Part shown: one piece after another, positions 36,365-43,759 of the stretch
Layout: every line of letters begins with the position of its first letter
Numbering within the stretch: the first letter of the stretch is position 1
IMG/VR virus record: IMGVR_UViG_3300015371_000005
Location: 1-64,000 of that record
Strand: one strand, 5' to 3'
Source of the DNA: a virus
Length of the DNA: 64,000 bases
Notes under the pieces: generated by a model
Told to the model about the DNA's origin: nothing
Seen by the model: the letters and a program-made list of their open reading frames with translations, nothing else
Databases searched by the model: none
Program-made: the position numbers and the translations under genes

Positions 36365-36693
36365 TCTGGTTCCTTCATCAGTTCGCGGTGCTCAAAGCGA
36401 AACTTGTCAAACGCTTTGACGGAGTTATCGATGCCATCAAGATGATTGGCCGGCGCTGATTTGGATTGATGGTCGCGATAGTAGACAATCGCCCCAATCG
36501 CCCGCTGATCACGAGCCCGCAAGGTGAATGTCGGCTCATTGGCAGGGAACTTGAAGGCAGTCCCGTTGTCTTCCATGCTGTTGACAAGATCTATCAGACC
36601 CTCGATGTCCTTGCCAGCGGCTGGAACAATGAGCTTGATGATCTTTTCGATATCCGAGAGCGTGAACAACCGGCCGTACTTCATATCAGCCAT
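36361..36693 (-). CDS. hypothetical protein
   Basis: ATG at 36693 with SD CAGGAGG. 110 aa. Confidence 0.6.
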   Translation of the reverse strand: MADMKYGRLFTLSDIEKIIKLIVPAAGKDIEGLIDLVNSMEDNGTAFKFPANEPTFTLRARDQRAIGAIVYYRDHQSKSAPANHLDGIDNSVKAFDKFRFEHRELMKEPD

Positions 36694-36949
36694 CCTGTTC
36701 GCCTCCTGTCGTGACGTAAGCCAGCTCGCGGTCGCCATTCACTATCAACTCACGTTCCTGCGGACGGATGCCGGCCGTCGATGTGCGCAAGTTGACAGTA
36801 AGCTCGCGTTGCTCGGGCGTAAGCGGGGCCGCCACCTTCTTGCGACGCTTGCGCCTGGGCTTGGGCGGTATGAGCGCATCAATCACAATCTGGCGCTCCA
36901 CGATCTCTTCACGCATCTGCTTGACAAAGTTGTCAATCCATTCGCTCAT
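36686..36949 (-). CDS. hypothetical protein
   Basis: 87 aa with SD AGGAGGTAAGG. Confidence 0.6.
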   Translation of the reverse strand: MSEWIDNFVKQMREEIVERQIVIDALIPPKPRRKRRKKVAAPLTPEQRELTVNLRTSTAGIRPQERELIVNGDRELAYVTTGGEQDG

Positions 36950-37023
36950 CCTTACCTCCTATCCAGGGGATCGCGGTAGCGACGTGCGAGGCTTCCCACA
37001 CGCCGCGCCGCAGTCATCCATCG

Positions 37024-37317
37024 TTACTCTGCGTCCTCATCGGGGCCGCCCTCGTCCTTCTCCTCGTCCGAGCCAACGCCAATGACGTTATCGGGAGTCG
37101 GAGCAATGCGACCGAATGCGATCACATCGCCATCTTCGTCACGAACAATCGTCTTGAAGGTCAGCTTGTGCAGCGGCCGATTGCGCGTCTTGTCATCGGC
37201 CTTTGAGCCATCCTGAGTGGTGCCAGTGATGGCCTGGTTGATGCGATGCCGAACGAGATTGAAATTAGCATCGATCTCGACCGGTTCCATGCCCCTGATG
37301 AACAGGAACGTTGCCAT
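37024..37317 (-). CDS. hypothetical protein
   Basis: 97 aa. TAATG overlap with the upstream gene. Confidence 0.6.
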   Translation of the reverse strand: MATFLFIRGMEPVEIDANFNLVRHRINQAITGTTQDGSKADDKTRNRPLHKLTFKTIVRDEDGDVIAFGRIAPTPDNVIGVGSDEEKDEGGPDEDAE

Positions 37318-37628
37318 TACTTCCTCCTTACATTTGTTACTTCAATTGACGGCGCTTTCATCCAGCGCCGCTCCTTGTCCGCCAAAGCAATCAGTTCCAT
37401 GCCTGCCGCCGTGGCAGTGTATCCATGCTTGACCTTTTCCACAAGACCCAGATTGGCCAAGCCCTTCAACGTGGTTACAGCTTGCATCTTAGAGTGAGGG
37501 AGGTCACTCCATTTGATCTTGTTACAGCATGCTTCTGGCGCTGTGTAAGGATTACCTTGCTTCGTTCGGGCACAGACATAACGCAGAACCTTGCCGGCAC
37601 GCGGCGTTAGATCCTGCGGCTCAGTCAC
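37317..37628 (-). CDS. winged-helix (MarR-like) DNA-binding protein
   Basis: AVTTLKGLANLGLVEKVKHGYTATAAG is a wing-like segment. GTGA overlap with the upstream gene. Confidence 0.5.
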   Translation of the reverse strand: MTEPQDLTPRAGKVLRYVCARTKQGNPYTAPEACCNKIKWSDLPHSKMQAVTTLKGLANLGLVEKVKHGYTATAAGMELIALADKERRWMKAPSIEVTNVRRK

Positions 37629-38008
37629 ACCCGTTCCATGATTTGCTTGTGCAGAGACGAGTTGTCAACCACATCCTCGTACGGCATGTCGTCGTCTGCT
37701 CCCCATACAAAGTTCAGTCCGAGCGTTTCTGCATGATTGACGATCAAACTAATCAGCGCGTCAATATCCCTCCCCTCTTCGTCCACGCTGATGCCAGTGA
37801 AGAACAGTGCGATCCGTACCGGTGCTGGCGCGTCATCAGGAATATTGTCACGCCAATTGTCAAAAGTTTCGGGCTCTGGTGGCTCCATCTCCTCCTCTTC
37901 CTCAAACGGATCGTCAAGGTCTTCGGGGGCAGGGTCCTGCGGCTTGAGTGGTGGTGACACGGGCTCTTTGTCCTTGTAGCTATCAATAAAGTGGTCAGCC
38001 ACTAGCAT
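37625..38008 (-). CDS. hypothetical acidic protein
   Basis: 127 aa with SD GAAGAAGG. Confidence 0.6.
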   Translation of the reverse strand: MLVADHFIDSYKDKEPVSPPLKPQDPAPEDLDDPFEEEEEMEPPEPETFDNWRDNIPDDAPAPVRIALFFTGISVDEEGRDIDALISLIVNHAETLGLNFVWGADDDMPYEDVVDNSSLHKQIMERV

Positions 38009-38216
38009 CCTTCTTCAACTGCCGCCAACTCGTGTTGTTGAATGACAGTGCTCGTTGAACCTGCCTGCGCGAGAGATGTGTAATTGCACAGAAGTCAACC
38101 AGCGTATCTGTTGGGTAGTAAGCCAAATGCTCCTTTGCTCTGTTCCGGATGTAGTTATATCGACCAATGGTTTCAATACGATGCTCGTAGTCATGCGCCT
38201 TCTCAGGCAACGTCAT
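37995..38216 (-). CDS. small HTH-like protein
   Basis: 73 aa from the internal ATG. HTH-like segment DFCAITHLSRRQVQRAL. Confidence 0.45.
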   Translation of the reverse strand: MTLPEKAHDYEHRIETIGRYNYIRNRAKEHLAYYPTDTLVDFCAITHLSRRQVQRALSFNNTSWRQLKKDASG

Positions 38217-38670
38217 CACCCGACGGCGGTGCAATTGCCTTGGCATCGGCCGAAGACACAGTTTCTTCCTCTGGCCAGTAGTCCATGTAGCCCTGGAACA
38301 TCGTAATGACGTGATCAATCACCTTCTCCCATCCTTCTGGGAGATCTCCCTCCATGGTGTTGTCAAGAAGATTGTAGTAGTCTGCTGGCGTTTTCAGAGA
38401 GTGCAGGAAGCTGAGCATATCTGCCGCATGCAAGACCTTGCCGAGGTCACCGAACGGGTTCGGGTCCTCATGAATCGCTTTAGCAAGCATCGTAACGAGA
38501 TTGAGCCGTGCTTCGACTACTGTCTTGCCTTGTCCCCGACTCAGATAGTACGTCGTATGTGGCCATGAATCGAGCCGTGCGACAATAGGACTGTCATAAC
38601 GCTGCTTCTCAAAGCTGATTCCCCACATCTCGGTGAGTTTTTGGCCTGCCTGAATGCTCTGATCTCTCAT
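38203..38670 (-). CDS. hypothetical protein
   Basis: 155-aa ORF. The ATG overlaps the upstream stop. Confidence 0.6.
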   Translation of the reverse strand: MRDQSIQAGQKLTEMWGISFEKQRYDSPIVARLDSWPHTTYYLSRGQGKTVVEARLNLVTMLAKAIHEDPNPFGDLGKVLHAADMLSFLHSLKTPADYYNLLDNTMEGDLPEGWEKVIDHVITMFQGYMDYWPEEETVSSADAKAIAPPSGDDVA

Positions 38671-38831
38671 GTCCGCTTCCTAACAGGTCGGCGCTTGGGC
38701 GCAACAATCTTGCTATCGGCTTCTGCTACCTGAGCTTCCAGTTCGTCGGCATAGTTCTCTGTAACCATTGCTATGAATCTACCAAATTGACGAATAAGCT
38801 CAGCCAACTCTCTTGCAACCTTGGCATTCAT
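38667..38831 (-). CDS. hypothetical small protein (54 aa, below the ORF-track cutoff)
   Basis: Hand translation gives MNAKVARELAELIRQFGRFIAMVTENYADELEAQVAEADSKIVAPKRRPVRKRT. ATGA overlaps at both ends. Confidence 0.5.
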   Translation of the reverse strand: MNAKVARELAELIRQFGRFIAMVTENYADELEAQVAEADSKIVAPKRRPVRKRT

Positions 38832-39388
38832 CTTGGACGCTTCTTCCTACCCTTGCCTCCGCGCCGGTTCTCACGGTTTCCGTGCTGTACGACAACTAAG
38901 TTATCGCGCTTATCGTGACCTGGCCCGCCCTTGGCATTGTCGCGAGCGATCTCCTCTAGCATCGGCTGAGCCTGGGCGTGCTGAAGCGCTGACGCCAGCT
39001 CGCGTGACGTGTTCTGAGCGAGAACCGCCTGGAAGGCGTAGAGGCCGCGCCGATGCTCGACTGTGATTGTGCCCTTGCCATTGCAATCGCCGCACTCAAT
39101 GGCAATGTCGCTTTCCTCTTCAGCAAGATTGCCATTACCATCGCAAGCTACACAGCTCTCTTCTTCCTCCCACACGTAGTTCTTGCCCGTACCGGAGACA
39201 CCCAACTCGACCAAGCGCTCGTTCTTGAGCGACTGGAACGATGTCAAGCCGTGTGTCATATGCAGATCAGCGCCAACGACCTTGGACGGCGAGGCTGGAA
39301 TCCAATCCATCCATTCGACAATGCGAACGAGTGTCGTCTCCTCCTGTTCAACTTCCTTGGCTTCGTTTCTTATCGCCTCGTCAGCCAT
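38828..39388 (-). CDS. protein with DnaJ-type CxxCxGxG zinc-finger pair
   Basis: Zinc-finger motifs CVACDGNG and CGDCNGKG. Basic C-terminal tail. Confidence 0.65.
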   Translation of the reverse strand: MADEAIRNEAKEVEQEETTLVRIVEWMDWIPASPSKVVGADLHMTHGLTSFQSLKNERLVELGVSGTGKNYVWEEEESCVACDGNGNLAEEESDIAIECGDCNGKGTITVEHRRGLYAFQAVLAQNTSRELASALQHAQAQPMLEEIARDNAKGGPGHDKRDNLVVVQHGNRENRRGGKGRKKRPR

Positions 39389-39651
39389 CAGCCCTCCGCT
39401 GGTACGAATCCGTAGATCCCCTGCGTCTCGGTATCGAGCGCTCCGACACAGACAATGAATCTGTCATTGCGAATGAAGCCGCCTTCGGTTCCGACAATGC
39501 GCTTCGCCTCCCAGCGATCGTCAGTCGCATAGACAGGTCTTGCATCCCTGCGATGCTGTTCAACCACATCGCGTGGCTCGAATGCTGCGTTGCTCTCGCG
39601 ATCCACAGCCTCAAAGCCATAGACAATATACCTACCCTGAAGCTCTGGCAT
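39388..39651 (-). CDS. hypothetical protein
   Basis: 87 aa from ATG 39651 (alternative TTG at 39657). Confidence 0.55.
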   Translation of the reverse strand: MPELQGRYIVYGFEAVDRESNAAFEPRDVVEQHRRDARPVYATDDRWEAKRIVGTEGGFIRNDRFIVCVGALDTETQGIYGFVPAEG

Positions 39652-39653
39652 TT

Positions 39654-39902
39654 TCAATGTCCTCTCTTCTCAGTCGCCACGACATCCCACTGTGCCCAAC
39701 CGTGCTTGTCAACTCTCACACCACGAGCCCAGCCGGGAATCCCATTGGCCTCAAGCAAGCGCCCGATGCCGTCGATGACGCCCTTCTCAGGGTTCTTCTG
39801 GATTACGCCGTAGGCAATGTCGAGCGTTCTCTGGATGTCACGTTCTTCCTCTCTCGCCTTGCGGCGGAAGTAATGCGTTGACAGAACCTTTGTCTTTTCC
39901 AT
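39654..39902 (-). CDS. hypothetical protein
   Basis: 82-aa ORF in the operon. Confidence 0.55.
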   Translation of the reverse strand: MEKTKVLSTHYFRRKAREEERDIQRTLDIAYGVIQKNPEKGVIDGIGRLLEANGIPGWARGVRVDKHGWAQWDVVATEKRGH

Positions 39903-39904
39903 CT

Positions 39905-40162
39905 CTAGTAAATGTCCTTGCTGTTGTGGTGTCTCTCGATCGCTTGCCGACGACGCTGCTGCTTGTCTTGCAAATCGTCAGCATGGATCGCTAGGAAGAT
40001 GCCTACACCGGCACTGAGGGCGGCAACCGGCGCGACAACCATACCTACGAGTCCAGCCAGCCATACGCAGAGGATGGCAAACGCAAGCAGAACGACACCG
40101 GTAAGGCGAACGACCCATGGCCTACCGGTCTCTGTCAGGACGTAGTAAATGCGCTTGATCAC
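39905..40162 (-). CDS. small membrane protein
   Basis: Two hydrophobic segments. GTGA overlap with the upstream gene. Confidence 0.55.
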   Translation of the reverse strand: MIKRIYYVLTETGRPWVVRLTGVVLLAFAILCVWLAGLVGMVVAPVAALSAGVGIFLAIHADDLQDKQQRRRQAIERHHNSKDIY

Positions 40163-40437
40163 TTGTACGTACCTCTTCGCCAGTACTCGTCAGCTTCCAT
40201 CGCCTTGTCCATGTCGAACTTCTCAGCACGATAGAGGCGACTGACAATGTTTTTGGCAATCTCATCGGACAGATCCATGTCAAGATCGGGCAGATGCACG
40301 AACAGCTCGTTCCTCACGAGATCGAGCACGCGCCCTGGAACGCCATCGGACTTGCCATAGGTTACGTTGTCACTCCAGCCAGGGCCAATGTCAAGCTGTC
40401 TAACGATCAAAAAGCGCTCTCTGATGGTATCGCTCAT
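40159..40437 (-). CDS. hypothetical protein
   Basis: 92 aa. ATGA overlap with the upstream gene. Confidence 0.6.
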   Translation of the reverse strand: MSDTIRERFLIVRQLDIGPGWSDNVTYGKSDGVPGRVLDLVRNELFVHLPDLDMDLSDEIAKNIVSRLYRAEKFDMDKAMEADEYWRRGTYK

Positions 40438-40838
40438 CCTAGTTCAACACTCACTGAATCGACCTCGCCACTGAGAAATGATATTTCGCAGTACTTGCCA
40501 TGGTCCTCGGCCAGCGGGTAAAGGAGCAACCCGGCATAGCTGTCGTTGGCATCGTCGTCGGCGGGCCATCCGTAGCGGAAGATCAGATCGCTGAAATCGG
40601 TCCCGTGAGCGATCGTATAGCACTTGTCTCGTGCGATATAGCCCGAGGGCTTCTTCACCTGGTCGTGCACAACGACATTGCGCGTCTTGTAGATTGTCTT
40701 GGTGTCCTGCACCTTGACGGGGACCTTGACCTCGCGCGTTGGTTGGACATCCATGCTGGCGATGCCGGCGCTTACCAAGGCGAAGCTGGCAACGATGGCA
40801 GTGACAATCTGCTTCTCATTGCTCGACATCAGAATCAT
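40434..40838 (-). CDS. secreted or membrane-anchored hypothetical protein
   Basis: N-terminal hydrophobic segment IVTAIVASFALVSAGIASM. Confidence 0.55.
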   Translation of the reverse strand: MILMSSNEKQIVTAIVASFALVSAGIASMDVQPTREVKVPVKVQDTKTIYKTRNVVVHDQVKKPSGYIARDKCYTIAHGTDFSDLIFRYGWPADDDANDSYAGLLLYPLAEDHGKYCEISFLSGEVDSVSVELG

Positions 40839-41133
40839 CCTGGCCTGCTGGCCTGGCCTCGAAGTGCTGCATTTGCCCTACCGCTGCGGCAACAGAATTG
40901 TTCCCGCCAACATACAGCTCGGGTTCATCTGGTTGCTTTCCGTAGAAGTGGAGCGTACCGTTCTCATGCACCATGCATTTAGGTTTCTCGTTCCAGACGC
41001 CATAGCGAGCGATACTGAGCATCTCATTGGCAGGAGTGATGATCACCCACCAGCGTGTGTCCTCCTCGGGCTCGGTAGCGTCATTGCTGTCTGCTTTGGG
41101 CTTACGCTGACGCCGCGTTGGTGCTTCAGCCAT
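40816..41133 (-). CDS. hypothetical protein
   Basis: The internal ATG at 41133 is preceded by CTGACAAC plus AAAGGCGG. Confidence 0.55.
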   Translation of the reverse strand: MAEAPTRRQRKPKADSNDATEPEEDTRWWVIITPANEMLSIARYGVWNEKPKCMVHENGTLHFYGKQPDEPELYVGGNNSVAAAVGQMQHFEARPAGQDDSDVEQ

Positions 41134-41243
41134 GGTGATGCCGCCTTTGTTGTCAGATAAACATGGTGGTCCGGCAGCAGGTGGGTGTGAGGGGCCGCCG
41201 CCAGACCACCACCAACAGCCTACCAAAATGCGCCAACTTCTTG

Positions 41244-41263
41244 AAAAAGCCCTGGAAAAGGGC
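41244..41263 (-). terminator. intrinsic terminator after the beta-helix gene
   Basis: The minus-strand RNA reads GCCCU-UUUCC-AGGGC followed by UUUUUC. Confidence 0.5.
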
Positions 41264-41283
41264 AATTCTGACGCTACTGAACG

Positions 41284-42438
41284 TCAGCCACCGAACTCGT
41301 AGGCACCGATGTCAACTCCATTGCCCTGTTGCCGTGGCGCGAGCGCGTAGTCGTCTGCTGGGGCTCCGACCGCTGACCCGGCATCGATCGCTGGCGACCC
41401 TGCCTGTGGCCTGTAGTTGGCATCGAGCAGCGGATTTGAGAGCAGATCGCCGGTTCCGGTACCGGGTGAGGTGCCCCCGAACCAGATGTTGTGATCCTCG
41501 GCGAACGTGCCCACGCCCTTCTCCCACTGCGTACCTCCGTCGCTGCGAACGAAGATGTTGTTGCGGATGGTGCCGCTGGTAGGACCGGCCACCTCGCCGC
41601 ATGACGTTGTGATTGACGCACGGCGCCATGTACCGACAAACGTATTGTTGTGGACGCTGACATTCGTCGCCTTGTCGCAGATGAACACACCGGTGGAATG
41701 GTTCACCACGAGGTTGTCGTAGAAATCGATGTTGGCACCCTGACAATCATGGTACATGTGCAGAGCGCCGCCAACCGAGTTACCCATCCAGTTGTGATCG
41801 ATCGTGATGTCGTGGTTGGCACCACAGGCACCGCCGGCCGTGTAAACATCATGGTCATTCTCTATGCGCGGGGCTCCATCGCCGTTGCACTCGGGCCAGT
41901 CAGCTCCATTGAAGGTGAACGTGTTGCCCGTGATCCGCAGGAAACTGGAAGAGCTGGGCGTGATGACGCCGTTACCAAAGCAGTTGTCGAAGTGCTGCAT
42001 CGTGATACCAGGTCCGAGCGTTATGTAGCTCTTACCTGATGGAATCCACAGCTCTCCGTTGACACCGCCGGTTGTACACCAGTTTGTCCGCGCTCCGCTG
42101 GTCTGGATCGGGCAATTGCCGTCGAGTATCGGAGTCTGCCCGGTGACTGCTCTGACCTCTGTCCAGTTTCCCGATGTGCCGGAAGGAATCGGATTGAGCG
42201 TATTGTCCAGGTTGGCGTAGGTTCCGCCATAGAGATTCAGATCGTCACCGCTGGCCAGCTTGGCGATGCCCGATGTCAATGAGCATGGCGAGGCGCTTGA
42301 ACAGGTGGTCCCAGTTCCCGTAGGAGAAGCGAAGAAGCCCGACTGAGGTGGCGGTGTTCCGGTGACAGCGACGGCGATACCTATAGCTGATGCTGCGATA
42401 CCGCCAGCAATCAAGACACGTGCTCGGCGTAGGCCCAT
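41284..42438 (-). CDS. secreted right-handed beta-helix protein (pectate-lyase-fold, depolymerase-like)
   Basis: N-terminal RR plus a hydrophobic signal (MGLRRARVLIAGGIAASAIGIAVAVTG). Repetitive segments NNxFxG/HDNxV/IxxN are typical of parallel beta-helix repeats. Confidence 0.65.
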   Translation of the reverse strand: MGLRRARVLIAGGIAASAIGIAVAVTGTPPPQSGFFASPTGTGTTCSSASPCSLTSGIAKLASGDDLNLYGGTYANLDNTLNPIPSGTSGNWTEVRAVTGQTPILDGNCPIQTSGARTNWCTTGGVNGELWIPSGKSYITLGPGITMQHFDNCFGNGVITPSSSSFLRITGNTFTFNGADWPECNGDGAPRIENDHDVYTAGGACGANHDITIDHNWMGNSVGGALHMYHDCQGANIDFYDNLVVNHSTGVFICDKATNVSVHNNTFVGTWRRASITTSCGEVAGPTSGTIRNNIFVRSDGGTQWEKGVGTFAEDHNIWFGGTSPGTGTGDLLSNPLLDANYRPQAGSPAIDAGSAVGAPADDYALAPRQQGNGVDIGAYEFGG

Positions 42439-42444
42439 GCGGGC

Positions 42445-42453
42445 ATGATATCA
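42445..42453 (-). promoter_or_regulatory. extended -10 element TGATATCAT, 6 nt from the ATG (leaderless arrangement)
   Basis: The minus strand reads TGATATCAT-gcccgc-ATG. Confidence 0.35.
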
Positions 42454-42466
42454 CAGGTACCTAAAG

Positions 42467-42760
42467 TTACTTACCCTTACCTTCCATGGCCTCAAGCTCG
42501 CTCTCTGTCAGCACTCTCACCTTCCTGTCAACCTCAATACGGCCGGGAATCTGGCCATTGACTCGTGTGTCAACCTGAACTATGTCTCCAGGCTTGAGCG
42601 TCTGGTCATCCAGAAGCTGCTTATCGCGATTGACACTAAGCTCCGACAGCTTGACGAAGAAGCCGTGAACCTGCAATATCAAAATCTCATTGCTCGGATC
42701 ACCTTCAGTGGCCACGACATGAGCGCGCAACCACACTCCATCGCCTGACTTGTAGCTCAT
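42467..42760 (-). CDS. hypothetical protein
   Basis: 97 aa. ATGA overlap with the upstream gene. Confidence 0.6.
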   Translation of the reverse strand: MSYKSGDGVWLRAHVVATEGDPSNEILILQVHGFFVKLSELSVNRDKQLLDDQTLKPGDIVQVDTRVNGQIPGRIEVDRKVRVLTESELEAMEGKGK

Positions 42761-42999
42761 TGCTTACCTCCAAACTCGCGCTCAATTGAATTTGCTGTTT
42801 CGTGGTCTGGCATCGTTGGGCCATCGTCTGTGCGTAGCCACTCAATCACATCGCGCAGGCAGATTGAACGGTCGAGCCCGAGCTTAGGGCTATGCGCGGC
42901 GTTCAATGTCAGGCTGACATGCCCTCCCCACGGGCCGTGGAAGTGCTCGGTCATAGCAGCCTCCGCAAACTCAATCGCCTTTGCACTCGGTCCGCTCAT
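42757..42999 (-). CDS. hypothetical protein
   Basis: 80 aa, preceded by CTGACAAC-ACT-AGGAGG. Confidence 0.6.
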   Translation of the reverse strand: MSGPSAKAIEFAEAAMTEHFHGPWGGHVSLTLNAAHSPKLGLDRSICLRDVIEWLRTDDGPTMPDHETANSIEREFGGKQ

Positions 43000-43153
43000 C
43001 CATTCCTCCTAGTGTTGTCAGTTACACCGCTGCCGGGTGCCGGCGCTCCCAGGGTCTGCCTGTTTAGACCGTGGCTCTTGTCACTCATGGAAGTTGAGCT
43101 AGAGCCAGCCACCGACACCACGGCAACGGCGCGATCAATCCTATCAAACCCCG

Positions 43154-43480
43154 TCAACCACCGCTCGGCGCTCTCACTAAACTCAGTTCGTCGGAACCTA
43201 ATTGCTGAAAGCAGTTTCGCTCGTAAAATGCAAGCAGCTCAGCATTCCTCAATCCTGTTCCATCACTCTCAACCTTCAACAATAGGGTTGCACGCTCGCG
43301 ATCGGCGTGATCACACACCACCTTGAGCAAGCGCGAAGCAGAACCTCTTCCCCTAGAACCAGGTTGAACCCACACAGAGGTCACCAACCAGCAGTTGGCG
43401 CGACCAAGATCAACCACATCACCGAGCCCCATCAGCGTGATATTCGATCTATCAACATGATTCCAGTAAGAATTCTTCAT
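43154..43480 (-). CDS. short GNAT-family acetyltransferase-like protein
   Basis: The segment VQPGSRGRGSASRLL resembles the acetyl-CoA motif A. It is only 108 aa and is the first gene of the leftward operon. Confidence 0.55.
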   Translation of the reverse strand: MKNSYWNHVDRSNITLMGLGDVVDLGRANCWLVTSVWVQPGSRGRGSASRLLKVVCDHADRERATLLLKVESDGTGLRNAELLAFYERNCFQQLGSDELSLVRAPSGG

Positions 43481-43486
43481 TCTGTG

Positions 43487-43522
43487 AGTCTATCAGCGCC
43501 CTCAGAACGCCCTCCCGGAGGG
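43487..43522 (-). promoter_or_regulatory. extended -10 TGATAGACT (6 nt from the ATG) plus 13-bp palindrome CCCTCC-C-GGAGGG
   Basis: The minus strand reads TGATAGACT-cacaga-ATG. The palindrome at 43510-43522 sits where a -35 or operator would be. Confidence 0.35.
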
Positions 43523-43616
43523 TACTGGAAGGGGAAATCACGGCAAATCAATGCGATTTTTAGTCAATTTCTCCGCATTTTCCTTCGGAATCGTGCCGAC
43601 TTCCCTGCAATTTAGG

Positions 43617-43679
43617 CGATTTCAAGCCGAATCATGCACGTTTCAAGCAGATTCTTACACGTTTCACGGCATTTCAATC
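43617..43679. repeat. iteron-like direct repeats CG(A)TTTCA at about 20-nt spacing
   Basis: Copies are CGATTTCAAGC (43617), CGTTTCAAGC (43639), CGTTTCACGG (43659) and GCATTTCAATC (43669). More degenerate copies extend to about 43730. Confidence 0.6.
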
Positions 43680-43759
43680 ACATTTTTGTGTCATTCTGGT
43701 TCGTTTCGACGTGTTTCTACGAGGCCCTCCTCCAATCGCTCCCTCCTGAGTCCTCGCGC

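Noticed and set aside
43000-43088. 30-aa ORF (MSDKSHGLNRQTLGAPAPGSGVTDNTRRNG) ending in an ATGA overlap with gene 42757-42999.
   Set aside because: It has no SD, is very short, and spans the junction motif and SD of the next gene. It is probably untranslated leader.
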